NCBI RefSeq assembly: GCF_000186885.1
Contig: NC_014972.1
Span: 210,001-242,000 of the forward strand
From: Desulfobulbus propionicus DSM 2032
GTDB lineage: Bacteria > Desulfobacterota > Desulfobulbia > Desulfobulbales > Desulfobulbaceae
Length of the DNA stretch: 32,000 nt
Direction: 5' to 3'
Shown piece after piece: positions 1 to 7,950 of the stretch. The notes beneath the pieces were generated by a model that saw only the letters and a list, made by a program, of their open reading frames with translations, had not been told where the DNA came from and made no database searches. How positions within the stretch are numbered: position 1 is the stretch's first letter; each line of letters opens with the position of its first letter. The position numbers and the translations under genes are program-made.

Positions 1-369
1 GGCAGCAGCTCAATCCTTAGAGAGCGGTTGCTTCTTGTTAAAGATGAACTTGGCAAGGTCGAAAAAGAACGTGCTGATTTGCAGCGACAACTCGCCGAGG
101 CGATGGAAAAACTTCGCTATCTTCGCGAAGAAGTGAAGAAAAAAAGTGTTCCCGAGAACTTTACCGAATATCGCGGGGCACTGTTCAAACGAGACGTGTC
201 GGGTCGGCACGCCCCACTTGCCCATTGCCCCGAGTGTAAGCGGCCACTTGTGAACACAGACCCGTGCGTGTTTCCGTATAATTGCACCACACCTGGATGC
301 CGATACGAGGTAACCATCAAGGAAGATCTTGAGCTTATTGCGCAAAGGCTTGATCATATAGCCTCCTGA
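1..369 (+). CDS. Hypothetical coiled-coil / zinc-ribbon-like protein, probably 5'-truncated by the window edge
   Basis: The frame is open from nt 1; the ORF track starts it at a TTG at 28. The N-terminal part is heptad-like (LGKVEKERADLQRQLAEAMEKLRYLREEV). The C-terminal part has CPECKRPL...CTTPGC cysteine pairs. Confidence 0.55.
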   Translation, partial: GSSSILRERLLLVKDELGKVEKERADLQRQLAEAMEKLRYLREEVKKKSVPENFTEYRGALFKRDVSGRHAPLAHCPECKRPLVNTDPCVFPYNCTTPGCRYEVTIKEDLELIAQRLDHIAS

Positions 370-556
370 GAAACTGGTTCTGTTGTCCGCACGGTCATCG
401 CGAGTGGTTTTTGCATGGTTTTTCTCCGTTGATTCTCCCATGTGCCCGCAGTAGCATGTGAAGCACCACCAACAACACGCCAACCAACAGGCACACAGGA
501 GAAAAGCATGGGGGAAGGAAGAACTCGATTTGTTGCACAAAATCGTCGACATGTAC

Positions 557-1039
557 TCACGGCTTCATCCAATCGGGAACAAAGCCGCCCGCGATATGGC
601 CCTGCAGCCGGTCAAGAGCGAGTTGCGCTATCTTCGGCAGCGGGTCGCCCTCGACCGCTCCGATATGTTTCAGTACATCGACGAGTTGGAGAGCAGTTTC
701 AGCGGAGCACTCGCCACCAGGCCAACCCTCGGCCACAGCCCGCAGCAACACCAATTGCGGGCAAACAACGCCGTCCGGGTGCTGGAACGCAATCTCGGCA
801 AATTCGATTATTCGGGATAAACGTTGGTAGTAGGGCGTAGTTCGGTAATCCACCACTTTCCCATGTTGGTCTGGGAAGAATCGGACCACGTTTTTTCTCT
901 GGTAATCGATGATGCTTTTCAACCGCCAACTTGCCCAGGCCAGGGAATCGGCTACACTGCACCGGCAGGGGTGAAATTCTTTGAGGTAGCCTTTACAGGA
1001 AAATGTTGATAACCCGGCTCGATCCATCATTTGTTCCAT
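557..1039 (-). CDS. Hypothetical protein (160 aa)
   Basis: This is the longest ORF in the interval and it fills the gap up to the brnT promoter region (divergent arrangement). An antisense 120-aa ORF (458-820 +) competes with it, and I cannot resolve the two without codon statistics. Confidence 0.45.
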   Translation of the reverse strand: MEQMMDRAGLSTFSCKGYLKEFHPCRCSVADSLAWASWRLKSIIDYQRKNVVRFFPDQHGKVVDYRTTPYYQRLSRIIEFAEIAFQHPDGVVCPQLVLLRAVAEGWPGGECSAETALQLVDVLKHIGAVEGDPLPKIAQLALDRLQGHIAGGFVPDWMKP

Positions 1040-1104
1040 CCCCTCTTGCTTGCGTGTTTCATTGGCTCCAGCCGATCCAGCAGGTGGATCACACGTTCTT
1101 TTTC

Positions 1105-1133
1105 TTGATAAAGCTAATAAACGTTACTACATT
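1105..1133 (+). promoter_or_regulatory. Candidate sigma70-type promoter for brnTA, possibly giving a leaderless mRNA
   Basis: TTGATA (1105-1110), a 17-nt spacer, then TACATT (1128-1133). The brnT ATG at 1140 has no visible Shine-Dalgarno (SD) sequence. Confidence 0.3.
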
Positions 1134-1139
1134 AAATGC

Positions 1140-1412
1140 ATGGACATTGAATTCGACCAGGACAAACGCGACATCACCTTGCGTGAGCGCGGACTCGATT
1201 TTGCCGATGCCGCCGAGGTGTTTGCCGGCGTCTCTGTCACCATCCCGGACATCCGGCGCGATTATGGCGAACAGCGCAACGCGACCGTTGGCATGCTTGG
1301 TGAGCGGGTTGTGGTCCTGGTCTGGACACCACGCGGTGATAAACGCCGCATTATCTCCATGAGGTATGCCAATGAGCGCGAAAGGAAAAAATTCGCCGGA
1401 CGCCTGGGTTGA
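1140..1412 (+). CDS. brnT: BrnT-family (DUF497) ribonuclease toxin
   Basis: MDIEFDQDKRDITLRERGLDFADAAEVF...RIISMRYANERERKKF matches the BrnT pattern as I recall it (N-terminal xFEWDxxK, C-terminal RIIS.R.A). It is about 90 aa and overlaps the downstream antitoxin. The internal ATG at 1140 is preferred over the track start at 1050. Confidence 0.85.
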   Translation: MDIEFDQDKRDITLRERGLDFADAAEVFAGVSVTIPDIRRDYGEQRNATVGMLGERVVVLVWTPRGDKRRIISMRYANERERKKFAGRLG

Positions 1413-1674
1413 TCCCGACGACGCCCCTGAACTGACCGAGGAAGATTTCGCACGCGGCCAGTGGATGATTGGCGAACGGGTTGTTTCCAAGGACGAAGCC
1501 CGCCATGAGATCAAGAAATTGTCGCGGGGTCGCCCGCCTGGCAGTGGTAGCAAGCGGTCGACCACCGTCCGTTTCGACACCGACGTGCTCGACGCCTTCA
1601 AGGCCACCGGGCGCGGCTGGCAAACGCGCATGAACGATGCCCTACGCGACTGGCTCAAGGAGCATCGGCCCTGA
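1366..1674 (+). CDS. brnA: BrnA-family (DUF4415 / RHH-like) antitoxin
   Basis: The C-terminus RGRPPGSGSKRSTTVRFDTDVLDAFKATGRGWQTRMNDALRDWL is the BrnA/DUF4415 signature. It overlaps the brnT 3' end. The ATG at 1372 has better SD spacing (GAGG at 1361-1364) than the one at 1366. Confidence 0.85.
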   Translation: MPMSAKGKNSPDAWVDPDDAPELTEEDFARGQWMIGERVVSKDEARHEIKKLSRGRPPGSGSKRSTTVRFDTDVLDAFKATGRGWQTRMNDALRDWLKEHRP

Positions 1675-1889
1675 TTCATGGCTGGACTGATTCCCAACGA
1701 GGTGGTCGGAGCCGTCATCGAGGGCGGGAAAACCCCTAAAGCCACGCGCGAAAAATTAGCGCGAGCCATGGGTATCACCGAACCGATGCTGCATTGATTG
1801 ATACCCCCATGGTCCTGAGAACCATCCCTTTTGATGTTGTCGACCACCTGAATTCGGGTTTTTTGTTGGGTTTTACCGTTCATCTGCTT

Positions 1890-2155
1890 TCGTCCTGCTC
1901 GTCCTGGTTCGTCTTTTTTCGTCCTGTTTGATTTTTCTTAATGATTCTTATAGGATGATGTATTTAGTATGACGTAGGATGAAATATGTGACGTGCGCGC
2001 ATGGAAAAAATTGCCAACCATGGTTCATGAAAAATTTCCGTGTGCGCGCCCGCGACTCTCATCCTGTCGTCCTGTTTTCGGTTTTTTTGTTTTCATCTCA
2101 ATAGATTGCGTCATCAGGACGAGCCAAGATGAACTAGGATGAGGCAGGATGAGGC
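1890..2155. repeat. Iteron cluster, a putative replication origin next to the primase gene
   Basis: About 11 copies of AGGAYGA and its complement TCRTCCT lie here. TCGTCCTG occurs at 1890-1897, 1899-1906 and 1919-1926, with variant TCGTCTT at 1909-1915. TCATCCTG is at 2059-2066 and TCGTCCTG at 2067-2074. AGGATGA starts at 1952, 1976, 2136 and 2146, and AGGACGA at 2116. The clusters flank a perfect palindrome AACCATGGTT (2016-2025) bracketed by GTGCGCGC repeats. Confidence 0.5.
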
Positions 2156-3750
2156 GGTTGGTCATCGCGCAACATCTCCCTGGAAAGCTCTGGATGGTAC
2201 AAAACTCCGCGTACATAAATCTTGCCGCCTCGTTTTTCTAGGGTATAGCCCCGCTCGCGCATGGCCTTGGCCAGCGTCCGGTTGGCCGGCGCCTTTTTCG
2301 GATCGCCTTGGTTGAGGCCCCACCACCAGAGAAAGCATTGATAGAGGCCCTGAAAGCCGATTTCCCGGTCCGGATCGTCGGGTGAGGGCAGCAGGCTGTC
2401 GTTGAGGAACTCGGTCAGATAGTCTTCGGCATTTGCCAGCTCTGCAGCCGAGTCCAGAATCTCCTGGGGTGGATCCAGGCCGCGTTGCTGCCACTCCAGG
2501 CAGCCCTCGACCAGCCATTTGAGGATGCCCTCCCGGTTCTGCATCAACCGGTCCTTGAGGTGCTTGTCCTTCTTGCGGAATCGGTCCGCCATGGGCGGGA
2601 ATTTTTTGGCCTCCGCCTCCGGATCGTCGACATAGGCCCAGGGAAAATCGATCTTGAGCAGCCGTTGCACCAGGCTGAACTCGGATCCCATGCCCACCGG
2701 CATGTGGTTGGTGTGGAGGCAGAGGGTGTGGGTGGGATCGAAAACAAACATTTTGCCGAAGTTTGGGCGGCACTCGACCTTGTCGTCACCGGTCAGCCCT
2801 TTGACCTGGCCGGCGTCGATCCGCTGGCCGCGTTTGGATTCACCGGCCACCACCAGCCGCTTGCCGTGCAGGGCATATTTGTGCTCGCTGGCCGCGTTGG
2901 GTGAGGGATCAAACCGCTGTTCCGTAATCATCGACGGACTGATCACGTGGTAATACGGCCCGAGAACTGAGCCGATACAGGAAAACAGCACCCCCTTGCC
3001 GTTACGGCCGCCGCCGATGAACACCGCAATGTATTGCTCGTAGCTGTGACCGGTGAGGGCGTAGCCGAAAAATCGTTTGAGAAAGTTGGCCACCGCTTCC
3101 GATCCGCAGACCTCCACCACGAATTTGTGCCAGTCGGTGTAGTCGGCGTCTTTGAGGTAGTTCACGTCGATGGCCTTGGTCATCAGGTCCGCCGGATCGC
3201 CATCCAGGAGCACGCCTGCGGTGAGATCAATTACCCCGTTGCCGCAGGGAAGCCGCATCGGTTGCCGGTCCAGCTCCAGCTCGCGGCAGGCCATGCTCTT
3301 TTCCACCACCGGTGCCCAGACTAGCGCCTTCTTGGCACCGTTCTCGGTGCGTAGCCGGTCGACCCGCTTCCGGTACCGCTTTGCCAGGTCAAGCACCTTG
3401 TCGGCCTGTTCCTTGTTGCCCTTTTCTTCCAGCTTTTCGGCCTCGGCGAACAGATCCAGGGCCCGTTGCTCATACTGGAGGGCCACCGCCTCGACCGCCT
3501 TGAATGAGTCCTTGAAATCATCAGGCTCCCAGACGATCCCTGTCCAGCGCAACCAGGCCCCGTCTTTCGGAGTGGTGTTGAACAAAAACCGTCCCTTGTG
3601 CAAGGTGGCGTACAGCACCCCGTCGCCGCGTTCGTTGGCATCCAGGCAACTCCGGACGAAGTCATCCTCCAGGTCCATCAACCGGTCGTCTTCCTGCTCC
3701 AGCTCCCGGGCGCGATCGATCACCTTGCCCGCCATGCTTTCCCCTGCCAT
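2134..3750 (-). CDS. Phage/plasmid primase, P4 family (D5-like NTPase C-terminal domain)
   Basis: The 538-aa ORF has the Walker A context VFIGGGRNGKGVLFSCIGSVLGPYY and ...GKRLVVAGESKRG..., typical of the P4-family primase C-terminal domain. GGAGG lies upstream of the ATG. Confidence 0.9.
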   Translation of the reverse strand: MAGESMAGKVIDRARELEQEDDRLMDLEDDFVRSCLDANERGDGVLYATLHKGRFLFNTTPKDGAWLRWTGIVWEPDDFKDSFKAVEAVALQYEQRALDLFAEAEKLEEKGNKEQADKVLDLAKRYRKRVDRLRTENGAKKALVWAPVVEKSMACRELELDRQPMRLPCGNGVIDLTAGVLLDGDPADLMTKAIDVNYLKDADYTDWHKFVVEVCGSEAVANFLKRFFGYALTGHSYEQYIAVFIGGGRNGKGVLFSCIGSVLGPYYHVISPSMITEQRFDPSPNAASEHKYALHGKRLVVAGESKRGQRIDAGQVKGLTGDDKVECRPNFGKMFVFDPTHTLCLHTNHMPVGMGSEFSLVQRLLKIDFPWAYVDDPEAEAKKFPPMADRFRKKDKHLKDRLMQNREGILKWLVEGCLEWQQRGLDPPQEILDSAAELANAEDYLTEFLNDSLLPSPDDPDREIGFQGLYQCFLWWWGLNQGDPKKAPANRTLAKAMRERGYTLEKRGGKIYVRGVLYHPELSREMLRDDQPPHPASS

Positions 3751-4014
3751 GGGCTATGCCTCCGCCAAAATATTGACAGGTTTGCAGGGGTAACTCTCCG
3801 ATAACGCGCAATTTGTTGAGAAAGTCATTTGCCCACCTTGTTGCAGAATTTTTTGCATTTTTGCATCGGACCATTTTTTTTTAAATGCACCCACACGCCG
3901 GGGCGCGAAACACCCGCAAGTGGGGCTCCTGGGGGAGGACCCGTGAACGGTCAAGATCACAGGCCTCCCCCTGCTTGACAACCTGACGGGGGGTGAGGGG
4001 TTCCTTCCTCCCGG

Positions 4015-4893
4015 TCATGACTTGAGAAACGTATCGAGCGTGGCCTTGAACATCGGCTCGAAGTGTTGATTGAACGTGCGATGGGCCACGCCATAGAAGT
4101 CGAGCAGTGGCTTGACCCGGCGCCCGGTACGGCCAGTGAGTAGCACAGGGCGCAAGCCTCTGGCGCGAATGACGGATTGAATTTGAGAGCCCTCCCAAAA
4201 GACGGAACTCTGTCCAAACCATTTGACGAACCTGCCGGTGCGTGGATCACGGACCGCTTGCTTCCTGCTTCCTCTTTGGTACGACTTGGAACGGTCAAGG
4301 AAGGTGCGCTTGGTCTTGGCGCCGAACCCAGCCCCAGTCTGAAATCGTTGGTACACGCCCAAGGGCAGGTTGCCGCGCTGTCGACGATCAATAACCACAT
4401 AGTCCCGTTCCTTGGTGTTGCGGCGACGGGAACGGTCGGTGATGTTGGCTGAATATCCGGCACTGGTTTCCGCTTTGCCAAGCACGGAGAGGATCTGGCG
4501 GATCTGCCCGGGGGAAACGTTGCCGTATTGGTTGAGCTTGGCACCCAGTGCCGGTACCAACTCGCCCTCACCAATGGCTCGTTCAAAGCCCTTCAGTTTG
4601 CGCTGCCCTCCATCCACCTGGGGTACGAGGTAGTGTGCTCCCATTCGACCAGGTTCCTTGAACCAGACAGTGGCCTTGAGATCGCTCTTCGTGGCTGGAG
4701 TAAGTTGGAGGGAATTGAGGGTGTAGCGGGTGGGATTATCAAAGACGGATTTCATTTCCGCGACTTCCGCTTCCTTGACGAGTTTGCCAGCCTTGTTCAG
4801 GGCAATGGCGCAGGCCCGGTGAGCCTTGCCTGGAAACGCGGCCAATGCTGCGGCCACTTCTTTTGATCCGGAAACAGCAACGGTCAATTCCAT
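4015..4893 (-). CDS. Phage-related protein, tentatively tail-completion (lambda gpZ / HK97 gp10-like)
   Basis: The N-terminus ...AAALAAFPGKAHRACAIALNKAGKLVKEAEVAEMKSVF... and the basic central stretch (RSRRRNTKERDYVV) recall gpZ-type proteins. The start is moved to the ATG at 4893, which follows a strong GAGGAGG. The functional call is weak. Confidence 0.6.
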   Translation of the reverse strand: MELTVAVSGSKEVAAALAAFPGKAHRACAIALNKAGKLVKEAEVAEMKSVFDNPTRYTLNSLQLTPATKSDLKATVWFKEPGRMGAHYLVPQVDGGQRKLKGFERAIGEGELVPALGAKLNQYGNVSPGQIRQILSVLGKAETSAGYSANITDRSRRRNTKERDYVVIDRRQRGNLPLGVYQRFQTGAGFGAKTKRTFLDRSKSYQRGSRKQAVRDPRTGRFVKWFGQSSVFWEGSQIQSVIRARGLRPVLLTGRTGRRVKPLLDFYGVAHRTFNQHFEPMFKATLDTFLKS

Positions 4894-4904
4894 TTCAATC
4901 CTCC

Positions 4905-5150
4905 TCATCCACGGCCGGCGCTCTTGAGCCGCGCCTTGGCTTCATTGATGTACTTCCGGTCGCCGGTCTTTCGGGTCATCTCCATGGCCTTGGCCATGTC
5001 CGTGGCCAGGGCATCGACCGAGACGGGCGCTATGGCATTCTCCCGCGTCCATCCGGCAATCATCTTCTTGACTTCGGCCATCTCCCGCTGGAACGTGTCG
5101 AGCTTGACCAGTAGTTCCTTGGCCGTGTGTTCGGTTAACGGTTCACCCAT
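4905..5150 (-). CDS. Hypothetical phage protein (81 aa)
   Basis: Internal ATG at 5150 (MGEPLTEHTAKELLVKLDTFQREMAEVKK...). It overlaps the stop of the upstream gene by 8 nt, and its own stop lies just before the next gene's SD. The longer track ORF (to 5351) conflicts with 5143-5610. Confidence 0.55.
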   Translation of the reverse strand: MGEPLTEHTAKELLVKLDTFQREMAEVKKMIAGWTRENAIAPVSVDALATDMAKAMEMTRKTGDRKYINEAKARLKSAGRG

Positions 5151-5610
5151 TTTTCCGATCCCTCGCATATCGGGCCACCGTGCGTTCGACTTCTTCAATG
5201 GCCTCTTTCTTGAGGTTGTTGATGGTTTCCAGGTCCGCCCCTGCCTCGATGGCTTGCTGGAGCCTGGCCACCGCCGAGTAATCCGCCAGGATTTCCTCGT
5301 GGATGGTGGGCAATGGATCCCTGATGCCCTCCACCTGCGCCGCAGGATCAATGGCCGTGGCCAGATAATCGATCCCGGCGCGGGCTACATAGCCGGAGCC
5401 TGCGGCGTCCAATCGCTCGAACAGGGTGTGCAGTAATTCCAGGGGGCTCTTGCAGCGGCATTCGGTGTGGGCAGGGTCCTGCGCCCAGTTGTGGGCCGAG
5501 CGTACCTCTCGGTTGAAAATACGTGCCACAATGTTGGCCCCCAAAATCTTCCTGGCGGCATGGAACACTTGCCACGGTTGCATTTTTCCCTCGGCATATG
5601 ACATGGACAT
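5143..5610 (-). CDS. Hypothetical phage protein (155 aa)
   Basis: A clean ORF with protein-like composition, first in a co-directional string of minus-strand genes. No family recognised. Confidence 0.6.
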   Translation of the reverse strand: MSMSYAEGKMQPWQVFHAARKILGANIVARIFNREVRSAHNWAQDPAHTECRCKSPLELLHTLFERLDAAGSGYVARAGIDYLATAIDPAAQVEGIRDPLPTIHEEILADYSAVARLQQAIEAGADLETINNLKKEAIEEVERTVARYARDRKNG

Positions 5611-5769
5611 TGCCGTTTCTCCTGATATTCTGAAGATATGGAACCCTATTTCGTTTGCATCAGGTGCCCGTCCCCTGTACTATCCTGGCAATGCCGCCAA
5701 GCATCATGCCCAAGGACCGTCCAGGGGGCGGGGCTTTTTTCATTTGATACTCAAGGGTTTAAATTTCCC

Positions 5770-6207
5770 ATGAAGCCTGACCTCGAAAGCGCCATCATTG
5801 CAGCCACAGCCGCGCTGCTCGGTGTAGTGATCTCGCAAATTTTTTCATTTCTGCACAAAGCCTCCGAAAGGAGGCACGAACAACGCATCTTGCTTCGGCA
5901 AAAGTTCGAGGAGATGACATTTCATTTTCTAAAGTCGCTTCATTGGCCGATTGAACTGGAAAAGTGTACCACGCTCTTAGAAGCGCAAGACGTCGCTGTG
6001 TCGCAAGACGCTCAAGCCGCAATCGTACTTTGTCAGCTTTATTTCCCCGAGATTGTAGAAGTTTTAGAACGTTATATACTCGTGCAGCAGGCGTACTATG
6101 ACGCCGTGGTCGAAAGTTTCGGGGAGGCAGGTTTGACGAGCGATCGCGTTGCTTTTTCAGCTTCATCGGAGTCCCTCAATGCCGAGATGTTTGCGGCAAA
6201 AAACTAA
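5770..6207 (+). CDS. Hypothetical protein with an N-terminal transmembrane (TM) anchor
   Basis: Start at the ATG at 5770 (MKPDLESAIIAATAALLGVVISQIFSFL...), then a helical soluble part. No family recognised. Confidence 0.55.
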   Translation: MKPDLESAIIAATAALLGVVISQIFSFLHKASERRHEQRILLRQKFEEMTFHFLKSLHWPIELEKCTTLLEAQDVAVSQDAQAAIVLCQLYFPEIVEVLERYILVQQAYYDAVVESFGEAGLTSDRVAFSASSESLNAEMFAAKN

Positions 6208-6308
6208 GTAATGAAATGCATCAAAAAATCTGCTGCACGATATGCTGATGCACGATGAGTTCATGCTTGCTCCTTGGTGGCTGTTAAAAATTCAACAAAC
6301 AAACCGAA

Positions 6309-6554
6309 ATGACTTATCAAGATATTTTCGTACAGATTCTCTCTGAGGTTTCCGGTGAATCACCTGCTCGTATCCTCGAGTTCGTCAAAACGGTAAAAGC
6401 TGCAAAACCAGGTGGTAACTGGGACAAAAAGCTCTCCGACAAAGACTCGGAGGAACTCATCTCCAAACTCAGGAAAGACGCTCCCGCTATCGTCAGGTGG
6501 TTGGAAGAAGGACGACAACGCGTTGCATCTCACGAATCAAAGACCGTGCATTGA
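6309..6554 (+). CDS. Hypothetical small protein (81 aa)
   Basis: ORF with plausible acidic/helical composition. No family recognised. Confidence 0.5.
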   Translation: MTYQDIFVQILSEVSGESPARILEFVKTVKAAKPGGNWDKKLSDKDSEELISKLRKDAPAIVRWLEEGRQRVASHESKTVH

Positions 6555-6715
6555 CTGTGAAAACCACTCACACAACAGGAACTTATCTTCCAAGGTGAAT
6601 CCAACTTCATCGAGAAACAGGGAAAACGGGTGGTTGAGCCATTTCTTCAATTTTTGTTCGTTCATGCGGCATCCTTGGGGGCTGCTTCGGGGAAAACTTC
6701 ACAAAACTGTGATTT

Positions 6716-7087
6716 ATGAAAACATCGCAGATCGTTCCAGATACTATTGAGACTGCATTCGCCGACGATCCTGAATTGATCGCCTTGATCGCTTCGTCAC
6801 AGGATGAATCCGTTGAAGTTCTCTTCAAGACGGTGCAGGCACCGGCCATTGCCGCATCCATCCTTTTGTCGAGCCAAGATGCTGTCAGAAGAATGGACCC
6901 TAAAACGATCTTTGGCGACCTGGATTGGAACCTCGACACTTCCATGCGGATTTTGCCCGAAGCCGTGGACATCACACTTGCCGCCGATGGCGAGGTGTTA
7001 TGCATCAACGTCGGATCTGGAACGTTGTTCTTTCGCCTTGGCAACAAAGCTCAACGAGCCATCAATAAGCCACTTGAGCAACACTGA
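6716..7087 (+). CDS. Hypothetical protein (123 aa)
   Basis: ORF with protein-like sequence. A competing antisense ORF (6607-7047) looks less protein-like, being Ser/Pro/Arg-rich. Confidence 0.5.
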   Translation: MKTSQIVPDTIETAFADDPELIALIASSQDESVEVLFKTVQAPAIAASILLSSQDAVRRMDPKTIFGDLDWNLDTSMRILPEAVDITLAADGEVLCINVGSGTLFFRLGNKAQRAINKPLEQH

Positions 7088-7164
7088 CCGTTCTTCTTCA
7101 GATATCCAGGGGGGCGGTTTTGGCGATGCGTTTGGTGAAAAGACCTCTCGACGGTTGAGGAGTT

Positions 7165-7374
7165 TCATGCCGCCTCCTTGGTGGTTGCTTCGGGGAAGAC
7201 TTCGTTGATTGGCTTGCCGATGGCGTCGGCGATAGCTTTCCGGATGCGGAGCGATTTCGTTTGCCCATGGATGCATCGTGATACTGCGGCGTGTGTCACG
7301 CCCAGTGTTGACGCTATATCGATAACCTTGATGCCGCTGTCCGCCATGTGCTGGCGTAATATGTAACCTTTCAT
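7165..7374 (-). CDS. Ner/Cro-like helix-turn-helix (HTH) DNA-binding protein
   Basis: In this 69-aa protein, ...VIDIASTLGVTHAAVSRCIHGQTKSLRIRKAIADAIGKPINEVFP resembles Ner/Nlp-family regulators. It is divergent from a CI-like repressor gene. Confidence 0.8.
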   Translation of the reverse strand: MKGYILRQHMADSGIKVIDIASTLGVTHAAVSRCIHGQTKSLRIRKAIADAIGKPINEVFPEATTKEAA

Positions 7375-7437
7375 GACTGTTACATGTAGCTTGTTTTATT
7401 GTTACATGTCAATCAAAAAAAGATAAAATGTAACATG
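7361..7437. promoter_or_regulatory. Divergent immunity-switch promoter/operator region
   Basis: There are four copies of ATGTAAC and its complement GTTACAT. ATGTAAC is at 7361-7367 and 7428-7434. GTTACAT is at 7380-7386 and 7402-7408, each within TGTTACATGT. The region sits between two divergent HTH genes. Confidence 0.5.
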
Positions 7438-7920
7438 AACAAACAGGAAGCTTCGTCGAAAATTGTTGCTGAAAGAATGAAAAAGGCTGCAGGTGTAAGG
7501 ACTTATGCTGAATTGGGCGAAATTTTCGATGGTATTACATCTCAAGCTATTAGTAGCGCCATTAGAAGGGGAAAGATCCCAGATCACTGGTTCTTGGTAA
7601 TGGCAGAAAAATTTGGAGTAACGAAGGAAGAGCTGTGTCAACCGCCCCAGAACGTCACGATGAACTTAGAGCAATCTTGGGGCGACGCGAATTCGGACAT
7701 GGAGCGGGAGAGGTTCCAGCAGGACCTTGACGGACTCTTCGCCGTGGTCAAGCGATGGCAGGAAGAAGAACACGGTGCGGACCCACTCACATCGATGCAG
7801 TTCATTCAACTCTTTCACGAACGCATCCCGGAGCTGGGCGAGTGGATAAAAAAACAAAAAGGCACCATTGCTGAAAATGGTCCCCAGGAAAACTTGTCGG
7901 CGGCAGGGGGGGAATCCTGA
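7435..7920 (+). CDS. Phage CI-type repressor (CI HTH domain) protein
   Basis: From the ATG at 7435: ...VAERMKKAAGVRTYAELGEIFDGITSQAISSAIRRGKIPDHWFLVMAEKFGVTKEEL matches the bacteriophage CI-repressor HTH pattern (..RR..IP..W...). Confidence 0.8.
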   Translation: MNKQEASSKIVAERMKKAAGVRTYAELGEIFDGITSQAISSAIRRGKIPDHWFLVMAEKFGVTKEELCQPPQNVTMNLEQSWGDANSDMERERFQQDLDGLFAVVKRWQEEEHGADPLTSMQFIQLFHERIPELGEWIKKQKGTIAENGPQENLSAAGGES

Positions 7921-7950
7921 ATAGGCAACATTACCCAACAAGGCTCAACA

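Noticed and set aside
458-820. 120-aa plus-strand ORF overlapping 557-1039 (-)
   Set aside because: It is plausible as coding and has GC-rich third positions. However, it has a low-complexity His/Gln N-terminus and would leave 820-1140 empty. I kept the longer antisense ORF at modest confidence. Codon-model scoring or homology is needed to decide between them.
1678-1797. 39-codon plus-strand ORF after brnA (MAGLIPNEVVGAVIEGGKTPKATREKLARAMGITEPMLH)
   Set aside because: It looks like a fragment of an HTH protein, but it is too short to call and lacks an SD. It may be a gene remnant.
1089-1883. 264-aa minus-strand ORF
   Set aside because: It is antisense to the clearly recognisable brnT/brnA pair, and the protein has no recognisable features.
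3754-4018. Small minus-strand ORFs in the 264-nt gap upstream of the primase (a 34-aa ORF ending at 3754, and a 46-aa ORF starting with an ATGA overlap at 4018)
   Set aside because: Neither has a recognisable HTH/AlpA-like sequence or an SD. The region is more likely the primase promoter/leader; note the repeated TTTTTGCA at about 3850-3868.
6607-7047. 146-aa minus-strand ORF
   Set aside because: It overlaps the more protein-like plus-strand ORF 6716-7087. Its translation is Ser-rich and irregular. Its 3' part is explained by the 41-bp repeat region.
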